From the NCBI GenBank assembly GCA_963662585.1, contig OY759729.1, positions 3,104,001-3,168,000 of the forward strand: a stretch of 64,000 nucleotides of DNA. The letters run 5' to 3'. Made by a program: the position numbers and the translations under genes. The notes below the pieces were generated by a model, which saw only the letters and a list, made by a program, of their open reading frames with translations, was not told the DNA's origin and did no database searches. This document shows, in pieces, positions 28,986-38,193 of this stretch. The first letter of the stretch is position 1, and the number at the start of each line of letters is the position of its first letter. The stretch is from Candidatus Cloacimonadales bacterium (GTDB taxonomy: Bacteria; Cloacimonadota; Cloacimonadia; Cloacimonadales; JAFGVF01).

Positions 28986-29999
28986 TTATTTTTTTAAAAA
29001 TCTTAGTAGAGTTTGAGGAAACTTATCAGTAACTAATAAGAAAGAGTTATTTCTGTATGTAACTAAGCCTTCCCAGTTGTAGGAGACATCTCTTAACTCT
29101 TTTTTGATATAGACAGGGTCTCTGCTATTATCATATTGAATCTTATTATCAGTAATTATCAGTGGAATAATTCTTTCAAGACCGATTTCTACATTATTTT
29201 CTTCTGCGAAAGTATTAGGAATCATATCTTCATCAGGAAGATAATGATTAGCATCGCCAGGCCAGAAATAATTTATAGCCCAGCCTCTACCTGTTTTATC
29301 AAAAGAAGAAACATCGGTGATTCTATATTCTATAGACTCAAAACTAACATCTTCTACTGTTTGAAAGTCTTTAGAAATTCTCTTAGCAATTGGTCTTTTA
29401 TTAATTCTAGAGCCATTTGCTTCATAAATTACATAGATATGATTATCATAGACAAATATTGATTCATAGGAGGCATTAAAGACATGAGTTGGAAGATCTA
29501 GGATAATATGCTCTTCATTAAGGATTTCCAATTCTTTATTATTAGCTGAAAGACGGGCTTTAACAACTGCTGCTTGGTTAGTGTCGGAATTATACTCTAC
29601 TGTAAGATAGAAATATTCGCCATCGAAACATATTCCCTCAAAACCTTCGTAACCAGGTAAAAATTTATAAGTTAGGTTATTGACAACTTTTATTACTTCA
29701 GTTTCGACTACTCTTTTTCCCTTGCGTTTTATAGCACTAGTTAAGTTATCTTTAGTGATTAAGAATATTGCGTCTTGGTCAATTTTACTGCGGAAATAAG
29801 ATGGATATTGAGGAAGAAGAATTAAATTATCTCCATACCAACATAGGGAAGAGTATTCAGCATTTCGATCAGAATTTAATTCTGAAAGTTTTATATCGAA
29901 ATATTGGTGAGAATAATCTTTATTATCACTCCCTGTAAATAAAGAACAAGAAGTTAGAATTACAGCTAAAAAGCTCAATATTAGTAATTTCTTCAACAT
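28986..29999 (-). CDS. Hypothetical lipoprotein (beta-propeller-like)
   Basis: Lipobox LTSC and repeated EYSSL / EGFEGI / SYESI / NWEGL blade-like motifs. Confidence 0.7.
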   Translation of the reverse strand: MLKKLLILSFLAVILTSCSLFTGSDNKDYSHQYFDIKLSELNSDRNAEYSSLCWYGDNLILLPQYPSYFRSKIDQDAIFLITKDNLTSAIKRKGKRVVETEVIKVVNNLTYKFLPGYEGFEGICFDGEYFYLTVEYNSDTNQAAVVKARLSANNKELEILNEEHIILDLPTHVFNASYESIFVYDNHIYVIYEANGSRINKRPIAKRISKDFQTVEDVSFESIEYRITDVSSFDKTGRGWAINYFWPGDANHYLPDEDMIPNTFAEENNVEIGLERIIPLIITDNKIQYDNSRDPVYIKKELRDVSYNWEGLVTYRNNSFLLVTDKFPQTLLRFLKK

Positions 30000-30141
30000 A
30001 TTTATATCCTTTTTTTCTAATAATTTTAAGTATAGTACAAAAAACTTATTACGCCTATCAAGTAAAGGAAAAGTTTAATTTAATGTTCAGAACTATAAAA
30101 TCAGCCAGTCTTTTCTTAGGTAACAAGAGGGTGTTAAGTTA

Positions 30142-30230
30142 TTGACCGCAGATACTGCCAATACTTGGGGAGATACTCATGGAGTGTCTTGAAACAATCC
30201 CTAGAATATCTAGGATCCCTCTGAGATATT
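30142..30230 (-). repeat. Second decayed copy of the 18947-19041 element
   Basis: Colinear matches TTG(A/T)CCGC...ACTT..GGGGA...GAGTGTCTTG..AACA.TCCCTA...ATCCC.CTG.GAT. Confidence 0.6.
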
Positions 30231-30243
30231 CTCCATTCAAAAT

Positions 30244-30849
30244 CTAACTTTCTTCTTCTTTTTTCTTTCTTGGCTTTCTCTTTTTTGCAACTATTTCCAC
30301 GACTTCATCAGCTTCTTTCTCAACTTTCTTGGAAGGCTTCTTTACTGTTTTTTTAGGTAATTCTGTTATAATTTCTTCAGGAGATTCCTCTTTAGATTCA
30401 TCAATTTCAAGAGTTAGACCTTGCTCAGGTTCAATATAGGTAATAGGTTCGGATATTTTAACTTGCTTCATCTCTATCTTTATGACAGGCTCAATTTTAT
30501 GAGTTACTATGTATAACTCTTTTCCTTTAGTTAGGGCAACTTTTTTCTCAATATCCATAGCTTCTAAAGATTTTAAGTTTATAACTTCTTCAATCTTTCC
30601 ACTTTTCTTATCTACTATTTGTACAAAGGCTTGTTTAGTGGCCATAAATACTACCTCCAATTGGTATTTTTCTGGGAATTTTTCTATTGTTTCATAAACA
30701 AATTTGTTATATTTCTTCTTATTTTTTTGATAATAATCACGAAAGGAGTCGCACTTTTCAATAGCGTCGCATACTGAACATAAGGATGGCGTTAAAAATC
30801 TAAATTTATTTTTTGGGCAAAAGGTGAATTTTCTTTTTCTGCGAGCCAT
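30244..30849 (-). CDS. Hypothetical protein with an N-terminal 4-Cys cluster and a Lys/Glu-rich tail
   Basis: 201-aa ORF with C-x12-C-x2-C-x5-C. Strong alternative in-frame start at 30645. Confidence 0.65.
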   Translation of the reverse strand: MARRKRKFTFCPKNKFRFLTPSLCSVCDAIEKCDSFRDYYQKNKKKYNKFVYETIEKFPEKYQLEVVFMATKQAFVQIVDKKSGKIEEVINLKSLEAMDIEKKVALTKGKELYIVTHKIEPVIKIEMKQVKISEPITYIEPEQGLTLEIDESKEESPEEIITELPKKTVKKPSKKVEKEADEVVEIVAKKRKPRKKKEEES

Positions 30850-31079
30850 TAATTTATTGTCATACTCCTTAATTTATTTTATTACTTAACTTTAATATTA
30901 AAATAATGATTATTAGTCAATGATTATCTTGAAAAAGATGTAATTTATTGGCTGAAACTGCTTTGTTGATTCACCTAAATAAAGTTGGATTTAGTTCTTA
31001 TCTTTAAATATATAAAGTCTTATCTTGACAAAACTAAAATTATATTATGCTATGTAACAAATATTAATGGAGGAAAATT

Positions 31080-31361
31080 ATGCAAAAAAATATAGTTAAG
31101 CTTCTGATAGTTCTAATACTAAGCACATTCTTGCTAGCTTGTTTTGCGGGAACAAAAGACACTGTTGATAAACCTGCAGGATTATTTCTTGGGATATGGC
31201 ATGGCTGGATAGCTCCCTTATCACTAATTTTAGAGATATTTAATTCTGACATAAGAATATATGAAGTAAATAATAGAGGGTTTTTATATGATTTAGGCTT
31301 TTATGCAGCTATTATTGCAGGTTTTGGAAGTCTCTCACTATTTAGGAAAAAGAAGAGATAG
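31080..31361 (+). CDS. Small conserved-type membrane lipoprotein
   Basis: SD GGAGG, lipobox LLAC and GIWHGWIAP...IYEVNNRG..YDLGF. Confidence 0.75.
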   Translation: MQKNIVKLLIVLILSTFLLACFAGTKDTVDKPAGLFLGIWHGWIAPLSLILEIFNSDIRIYEVNNRGFLYDLGFYAAIIAGFGSLSLFRKKKR

Positions 31362-31462
31362 CCTAAAGCAGAAAATTCTATATCACTACTTCCGTTTGTG
31401 ATTAAAACTATTGACACAAAGAGCAGGATAAAAAATTTAGGAATACAAAAAAGGAGATTTTA

Positions 31463-32611
31463 ATGAAAAATAAAGCTTTATTCTTGATAATATTAGTTTC
31501 AATTTTAGCTAGTTGGCTCTATTCAAATGAGAACAAATTGTATGTTTTTAATTGGACTGAGTACATAGACCCAGAGATAGTAGCAGAGTTTGAAGCCAAG
31601 TACAACTGTGATGTAATTGAGGATTATTTTGATTCCAATGAGAGTATGTTAACCAAAGTTGTTAACTCTACAAAATCTTATGATTTGGTGTGTCCTTCTG
31701 GAGACCATGTTCAGATTCTATTAGAAATGAATCTTCTTGAAGAATTGAATAAAGGCAAACTTCCAAACTGGAAACATCTTAATCCTAGAATATTAGAAAG
31801 ATTAAATAGCTTTGATAATATTGGAAAATATGCCATGCCTTATTTCTGGGGAATTACAGGGATTCTTTATAATCCAGAATTTGTTACTTTAGAAAAAGAG
31901 AATAGAGCTAGTTGGGATGTATTCCAAAACCAAGCTTATAAAAATAAACTTATGATGCTTGACGATGCTCGTGAAGTAGTAGGTGCAGCTTTGATTTCTG
32001 CAGGCTACTCATCAAATGATTTCTCTCCTAAAGCTTTAATGAAAGCAGAAGAAAAGTTAATTAGTTGGGATAGAAACATTTCTCAATATCATTCAGATGC
32101 TTATAAAAATGATGTTCCACAAGGAGAAGTTTGGATAGCTCAAGCTTACAATGGTGATGCTTTACAAGTAATTAGAGAATTTCCTAAGCTTAAATTTGCT
32201 CTTATGAAAGAAGGTGCAACTTATTGGATAGATTCTTTTGTTATGTTAAAAAATGCTGAGAATAAAGAAATGGCTTATGAATTTATGAATTTCTTAATGG
32301 AACCAGAAGTTGCTGCTCGTAACGCAGAATGGGTTGAATATGCAACTCCGAATCTTACTGCTTATAATGACTTCATTGATGATGAAAGCAAGAGTAATGA
32401 GTTGATTTATATTCCTGAAGAGTACCTAGTTGAATGCTATCCAATAAAATATCTCGGTGCAGATGTTATTAATATTTCATCTCTTTATGAGAAAATTTGC
32501 CTTAATTCAGAGAATAGAAGAAGTGAAAAATCAGGAATGAATAAAGTAGTTTATCTTTTAATTTTAGTAGCTATCTTTATTCCTATCATTATTAGAAAAA
32601 AGAGAAAATGA
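31463..32611 (+). CDS. potD: Spermidine/putrescine ABC transporter substrate-binding protein with C-terminal TM tail
   Basis: FNWTEYI, FDSNESM, PYFWG, DDARE, YNGD and KEGATYWID motifs. Confidence 0.9.
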   Translation: MKNKALFLIILVSILASWLYSNENKLYVFNWTEYIDPEIVAEFEAKYNCDVIEDYFDSNESMLTKVVNSTKSYDLVCPSGDHVQILLEMNLLEELNKGKLPNWKHLNPRILERLNSFDNIGKYAMPYFWGITGILYNPEFVTLEKENRASWDVFQNQAYKNKLMMLDDAREVVGAALISAGYSSNDFSPKALMKAEEKLISWDRNISQYHSDAYKNDVPQGEVWIAQAYNGDALQVIREFPKLKFALMKEGATYWIDSFVMLKNAENKEMAYEFMNFLMEPEVAARNAEWVEYATPNLTAYNDFIDDESKSNELIYIPEEYLVECYPIKYLGADVINISSLYEKICLNSENRRSEKSGMNKVVYLLILVAIFIPIIIRKKRK

Positions 32612-32621
32612 GGATTGATTA

Positions 32622-33776
32622 TTGGAAGATTTGAGATTAGTAAATGTTACCAAGAAGTTTGATAACTTTATAGCTGTAGATTCAATAAATTTAGAGATTA
32701 AACAGGGAGAGTTTTTCTCTTTCTTAGGTCCAAGTGGATGCGGGAAAACAACTTTATTAAGGATGATTGCTGGTTTTGAAACACCAACAGAAGGTAAGAT
32801 ATTTATTGGTGATACTGATATTTCTAAATTACCTCCTTATAAAAGACCTGTGAATACTATTTTTCAGAATTATTCTCTCTTTCCCCACATGGATATTTAT
32901 AATAATATTGCATTTGGATTGAAAGTTAAAAAGGTGCATAAATCAGAAATAGAAGACCGTGTTCAGCAGATGCTTAAGTTGGTCAAAATGGGAGATCATG
33001 TAAATAAATTTCCTCAACAACTTAGTGGTGGACAGAGGCAAAGAATCGCTATTGCTCGTGCTCTTATCAACGAGCCGAAAGTTCTGCTCTTAGATGAACC
33101 ACTTGCAGCTTTAGATCTTAAACTAAGACAGCACATGCTTATAGAATTAATGAATATTCACGATGCAGTTGGAATCACCTTCCTCTATGTTACTCATGAT
33201 CAAAGTGAAGCTCTGAATATTGCTGATCGATTAGCTATTATGAATAAGGGAAGTTTTGCCCAAGTCGGCTTGCCCGATGATGTTTATGAAAGACCTGAAA
33301 CAATATTCGCTGCCTATTTCGTTGGAGATACAAATCTCATTGAGGGCAGAGTTATCAAGGTAGAAGAAGATTATGCTACTATTATTAGTCAGACCGATTC
33401 TGAGCATGAGATAGAAATAGATACTACTTATCATAGACAACCCAACTTAGATGATGTAGTTACTCTTTCTTTAAGACCTGAAAAGATTGCTATATCTCGC
33501 AAACCTCCTAAGAAAAAGGATGATTTTAACATTGTAGAAGGCGTGATAGAAGATATTCTTTATGGCGGAACTCATACTCAATATATTGTTAGGGTAGGCT
33601 CTCACTTCTTCCGTGTTTTTCAACAACATAAGAAAGTATATATCGATGAACTGTCTTTAGACTGGGAAGAACCTGTTTACCTTTATTGGCATGATACTGA
33701 TACTCATATTATTTTTGAAACTGATAAGAATAGAGTTAATTCTGAAAATATTATGAAAACGGTTAGAAGAAAATAG
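32622..33776 (+). CDS. potA: Polyamine ABC transporter ATPase
   Basis: GPSGCGKT, LSGGQRQR, LLDEP and a TOBE-like C-terminus. TTG start after GAGGA. Confidence 0.92.
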   Translation: MEDLRLVNVTKKFDNFIAVDSINLEIKQGEFFSFLGPSGCGKTTLLRMIAGFETPTEGKIFIGDTDISKLPPYKRPVNTIFQNYSLFPHMDIYNNIAFGLKVKKVHKSEIEDRVQQMLKLVKMGDHVNKFPQQLSGGQRQRIAIARALINEPKVLLLDEPLAALDLKLRQHMLIELMNIHDAVGITFLYVTHDQSEALNIADRLAIMNKGSFAQVGLPDDVYERPETIFAAYFVGDTNLIEGRVIKVEEDYATIISQTDSEHEIEIDTTYHRQPNLDDVVTLSLRPEKIAISRKPPKKKDDFNIVEGVIEDILYGGTHTQYIVRVGSHFFRVFQQHKKVYIDELSLDWEEPVYLYWHDTDTHIIFETDKNRVNSENIMKTVRRK

Positions 33777-34661
33777 ATGGAAAGATTTACTGACAACGAA
33801 GTGGCGAAGATTGAAAAAGAGAATAGGAGTTCTTGGTTCTTGACTACTCCCTTTCTTATTTGGATAACTTTCTTCTTTCTGATTCCTTATTTAATCGTTA
33901 TTTTCTATAGTGTTCTAACACCTGGAGTCTATGACATAAAGTTTGTCTTTTCTTTAGAATCATGGTCTAGTGCTTTCTCTGCTACCTATCTTGATTCTAT
34001 TACTCACTCCTTAGTAATGTCACTCCTAACAACGATTATCACGATTCTGATAGGATTTCCTGTTGCTTATGTTATTGCTAACGCTTCAAAAAAGAGACAG
34101 AATTTATATCTGATTTTAATAATAATTCCTTTTTGGACTAATTTTATTATTAGGATCTTCTCTTGGAAAATATTTCTCTCCTCGCAGGGATTACTTAATA
34201 ACCTGTTAATCTATTTTGGACTTATTGATGAACCACTGACTCTTCTTAGGACCAACGGAGCTGTCCTATTAGTAATGGTTTATGTCTATTTGCCTTATAT
34301 GATACTACCTATTTACTCTGTTTTAGAGAAGTTCAATTACAGTCTATTAGAAGCTTCAATGGACCTCGGAGCCAATGAGATAAAGTCATTCTTTAAAGTA
34401 ACGCTTCCCCTCTCACTGGAAGGGATTTTTGCTGGTTCAATATTGGTCTTTATTCCTGCTTTAGGTACTTATATTATCCCACAGTTAGTCGGACATCAAA
34501 GCTCTGCTTTTGTTGGGCAACTAATTACTTTTAAGGTGAAATCTATTCCAAGGAACTGGCCATTAGCTTCAGCTTTATCCTTTATTTTATTAATCTTAGT
34601 CGCTGTCTTACTCCTAACAGGATATAACTATTATAAAAATATCTCAAGGAGTAAATCATGA
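33777..34661 (+). CDS. potB: Polyamine ABC transporter permease
   Basis: IPFWTN, YLPYMILPIY and the EAA loop EASMDLGA. Confidence 0.9.
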   Translation: MERFTDNEVAKIEKENRSSWFLTTPFLIWITFFFLIPYLIVIFYSVLTPGVYDIKFVFSLESWSSAFSATYLDSITHSLVMSLLTTIITILIGFPVAYVIANASKKRQNLYLILIIIPFWTNFIIRIFSWKIFLSSQGLLNNLLIYFGLIDEPLTLLRTNGAVLLVMVYVYLPYMILPIYSVLEKFNYSLLEASMDLGANEIKSFFKVTLPLSLEGIFAGSILVFIPALGTYIIPQLVGHQSSAFVGQLITFKVKSIPRNWPLASALSFILLILVAVLLLTGYNYYKNISRSKS

Positions 34662-35452
34662 CCTATCGTTCTAAGCTTAAACAGTTCTTCGATGGCTTCA
34701 ATGTAGTGATTTTTACTCTCATTTTGCTATTTCTCTACATACCAATTTTGATCCTAATTATTTATAGTTTTAATGATACAAAGATCATTGCCGGTTGGAA
34801 GGGTTTTACTTTCAAGTATTATCAGCTCTTATGGGAAAATGAAAATCTTAAAAATGCTTTTTGGAATTCTTTGACGGTTGCTACTGTTTCAACTATTATC
34901 TCTACAGCCTTGGGCTTGCTTACCGCATTAGGATTAGAGAATAAATACTTTAAAGCCAAAAAGCTTATTCAAGGGATTATCTTTTTACCTTTGGTAATGC
35001 CTGATATTCTAATGGGTGTTTCTATAGCTATGCTTTTTAGTTTCTTACGCTTTCCTATGGGGAAGATGACTGTGATTATAGCACACATAACTTTTTGTGT
35101 CTCATATACTATAATCGTAATTCAATCTCGACTTCAGGGTTTTGATCATTCACTTCAAGAGGCTGCCATGGATTTAGGAGCTAATAAATCTCAATTCTTC
35201 TGGAAGGTTAAATTTCCAATTATTTTACCAGGTATTCTGGCTGCTGCCCTCTTAGCTTTTACACTTTCTTTGGATGATTTTATCATAACTTTCTTCTCTA
35301 CAGGAAGAGGATTTAATACCTTACCTGTTTATGTCGAAAGTGCTATTAGAAGAGGTTCTGTTACTACCATTAATGCCTTATCTACAATTATGATTATGAT
35401 AACTTTATTCATAACATTTATCTCAAAACCTATTAGGAAAATGCTCATTTAA
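34658..35452 (+). CDS. potC: Polyamine ABC transporter permease
   Basis: LYIPI...YSFN, EAAMDLGA and SLDDF motifs. Confidence 0.9.
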   Translation: MTYRSKLKQFFDGFNVVIFTLILLFLYIPILILIIYSFNDTKIIAGWKGFTFKYYQLLWENENLKNAFWNSLTVATVSTIISTALGLLTALGLENKYFKAKKLIQGIIFLPLVMPDILMGVSIAMLFSFLRFPMGKMTVIIAHITFCVSYTIIVIQSRLQGFDHSLQEAAMDLGANKSQFFWKVKFPIILPGILAAALLAFTLSLDDFIITFFSTGRGFNTLPVYVESAIRRGSVTTINALSTIMIMITLFITFISKPIRKMLI

Positions 35453-35614
35453 TTAATGAAAATTAGGGGGATATTCTACCCTCATTAGCTGGTATATCTC
35501 TTGACCTCCTTTCCTTCATCTCACTCAATCCGATGTATCTTTGAAGTATCTTTGATATGTCAGTGAAGGAGCAGAGGACGATAGTAAAGAGTGGAATAAA
35601 AATAGACAAATAGA

Positions 35615-35651
35615 GAAAAAATATAAGGGCAATCTCGCTAGATTGCCCTTA
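35615..35651 (-). terminator. Intrinsic terminator of the DUF4476 gene
   Basis: TAAGGGCAATCT-CGCT-AGATTGCCCTTA stem with a T-run on the minus strand. Confidence 0.75.
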
Positions 35652-35678
35652 GAAGTTATTATCAGATAAAATTGCTAA

Positions 35679-36398
35679 CTAGTCAGCATTAATAATTCTT
35701 TCAGCTTCTGATTTATCATCTGAATAAGTAAAAGCATCCAAAATTTCATAATTATTTTGAGGATCAATGCATCCTGGATAACTAATAGATAGAGCGTTAA
35801 TTTTATCATCAGCAAAAGAGAAACAATCAAGTATTCTTACTATTTGACTAACTTTAAAGTTATGATTTTTGGCAGCAGTTCTAACTACTCTAGCTTGATC
35901 ATCGCTAAAGCTCTCATCTTGAATTCTTCTTATAAGATTAGAAAAATCACTTTCAGACATACTTTTTTTACCATTTGATGGTGCAACAGGTTCTGCTTCT
36001 TCAGTTTGGCTTGTCTGAGTATCTAAACCATTGATATTAATATTAACAGTACTTGAAGTTGATTCAGTTTGTTGATTATTATTAGTTACTGGTTCAGTTA
36101 AAGTTGAGTTTTCAGGTAATAGTGCTAAGAGAGAATATATCTCATCTATAATTGTATTTGCTCTTTTTCCATCAAGCTTATTGAGTTTAGCATTATATTT
36201 TTCTTGAAGTGCTTCTAATTTAGTTACTATTTTGTCAATGACATCTCCGGAGTTACTTACTGTAGTTGTGCTAGTGGAATTATCATCACCTGTAACTGTC
36301 ATGGAAAAACCATCTTCATTAGCGCTAAAGTTAAATCCTTGAGCAAATAAACCAACTAGGCTAAAAGCTAATACTAATACGATTGTAAATTTCTTCAT
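35679..36398 (-). CDS. Secreted DUF4476-domain protein
   Basis: Signal peptide and C-terminal MSESDF...ESFSDD...FSFADDK...DPQN...F.YSDDK pattern. Confidence 0.8.
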   Translation of the reverse strand: MKKFTIVLVLAFSLVGLFAQGFNFSANEDGFSMTVTGDDNSTSTTTVSNSGDVIDKIVTKLEALQEKYNAKLNKLDGKRANTIIDEIYSLLALLPENSTLTEPVTNNNQQTESTSSTVNININGLDTQTSQTEEAEPVAPSNGKKSMSESDFSNLIRRIQDESFSDDQARVVRTAAKNHNFKVSQIVRILDCFSFADDKINALSISYPGCIDPQNNYEILDAFTYSDDKSEAERIINAD

Positions 36399-36529
36399 TT
36401 TTTATCTCTCCATAAATTTTTTAACATACTTAATGTTTAGATGTAAAAATGGAAATATAATTGACTTTAGTCAAGAATTATTTATATTATCTAATAATAT
36501 TTTTAGATGAAAGTAATTAAGGGAGTAAT

Positions 36530-36988
36530 ATGGATAATAATAATAAGTTAATAGCAGAATATATTGAGTCTCTTCCTGAAGATAGAAGAATAGCCATAAA
36601 CAAGCTTAGAGATGTTATAAAAACAAATACTCCAAGAGGTTTCCAAGAATCAATGAGTTATGGTTCTATCAGTTTTGTTGTTCCTCATAGCCTTTATCCT
36701 CAAGGTTATCATGTAGATCCTTCCCAAGCTTTACCCTTCATTAGTTTAGCTAGCAGGAAAAACTATATTACTTTTAGTCATTGGGGACTCTACATAAATA
36801 GTAAAATTCTTGAATGGTTTAAAGAGGAGTATGCTAAAGAAGCAAAGTATAAGCTGAGTATGGGGAAATCTTGTGTTAATCTGAAAAGAATGGATGATAT
36901 TCCTTATGATTTGATAGGGCAATTGTGTAGGAAGATTATTGTAGAAGACTTTATACAAATGTATGAAGAGGCCTTTGTGAAGAGGTAA
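36530..36988 (+). CDS. DUF1801 (YdhG-like) protein
   Basis: YIESLPEDRR, VPHSLYPQGYH, LASRKNYI and MGKSC motifs. Confidence 0.85.
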   Translation: MDNNNKLIAEYIESLPEDRRIAINKLRDVIKTNTPRGFQESMSYGSISFVVPHSLYPQGYHVDPSQALPFISLASRKNYITFSHWGLYINSKILEWFKEEYAKEAKYKLSMGKSCVNLKRMDDIPYDLIGQLCRKIIVEDFIQMYEEAFVKR

Positions 36989-37127
36989 AATAACTGGAAT
37001 AGGAGTGAGGTAACTTTAACTTGGAGGCTTCTACTAAAAACAATTGGAATATTTGCTTTGGAGTAAAATAAATGGAGGAATTTAATAGACAATAAATTAT
37101 TATGATGTCAACTCATCGTGAGAGCCC

Positions 37128-37880
37128 ACTCTTAAATCCCCAAAGGGGATAAATAATTTAGCCCAGGGTAAAAGCCTGAAAGGCTTGCAACCCTGGGTAA
37201 GATTGCATAACAGAAAACCTTACCCTGAAAGGGTTAAATAAATTAATCCCATATATATCGTTCATCAATTTCCATGTTGTTTTTTGTCATGAACATTCTG
37301 AGTTCTTCTTGGAATGAGATTTTTTTATGATGCTCGTTTTGCTTGTTAATATAATTGATTGTTACTTGTTTTTGTGCTTGACCAACGGAAAATCCACCAT
37401 AACCTGCTTGCCAATAAAAGTTAGTATATTCATCGCCTTTTGTTTTGATCCCCTTAGATGTAGCTCTTTTAATCTCTCCTATTATGTCCTTAAAACAAAT
37501 ATTCTTTGATAAATTAAAAAAAATATGGATATGATCTTCATACCCACCAATACAAATTGGATATGAATCGTTTTCGTAGATTATTTTGGCAATATATGAA
37601 TATAATTGTTCACGAATATCAGAAATTTTAAAAAAAGGTACTCTATTCTTGGTAGAAAATACAAGATGCATATAAATTTGAGAAACAGACTGTGACATAA
37701 ATAGCACCACCTTATATTAATTAAGCAATATTTATTTAATATTCATTATTTGTCAAATAATTATATTTATGTATCCCTTACAGGGATTTTCTCAGATGGA
37801 AACCATCTTACCCAGGGTTGCAAGCCTTTCAGGCTTTTACCCTGGGCTAAACTATTTATCCCCTTTGGGGATTTAAGAGT
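37128..37880. mobile_element. IS200-like / REP-associated Y1 transposase locus bounded by 76-bp inverted repeats
   Basis: 37128-37203 and 37805-37880 are reverse complements with one mismatch, and each holds nested hairpins. Imperfect extension to about 37110 and 37897. Confidence 0.88.
37243..37698 (-). CDS. tnpA: Y1 HUH transposase (IS200/IS605 TnpA / RAYT-like)
   Basis: MSQS..IYMHLVFSTKNR, HUH motif EDHIH, FYWQAGYGGFSV and catalytic NYINKQ. Likely start ATG 37698. Confidence 0.92.
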   Translation of the reverse strand: MSQSVSQIYMHLVFSTKNRVPFFKISDIREQLYSYIAKIIYENDSYPICIGGYEDHIHIFFNLSKNICFKDIIGEIKRATSKGIKTKGDEYTNFYWQAGYGGFSVGQAQKQVTINYINKQNEHHKKISFQEELRMFMTKNNMEIDERYIWD

Positions 37881-38193
37881 AGAGTTCACTATGAGTTTAA
37901 TGAGCTGAAAGGGGAATTAAGGGTCACATACCAAGGCAGGAAGAAATTGAGAATTAATTCAAAAAGTCTGTGAAACACTGTGGATTCCTCTTTGTAGCTC
38001 TGTGTTAAGGATTTACTACTTACAGGATTTTGCTCAGGCCAAAGTAACTAACCCTTTTTGGGAAAAAAAGAAGGTATCCCTTTCAGGGAAAGAAAAAAGT
38101 TATATCTTTTTGAGGTAAATAAATACTAGCGAATTTTCTTGCCATAAATGTCTATAATAATTCTATGGCACTAAAATAATATTATAGAGGTGA

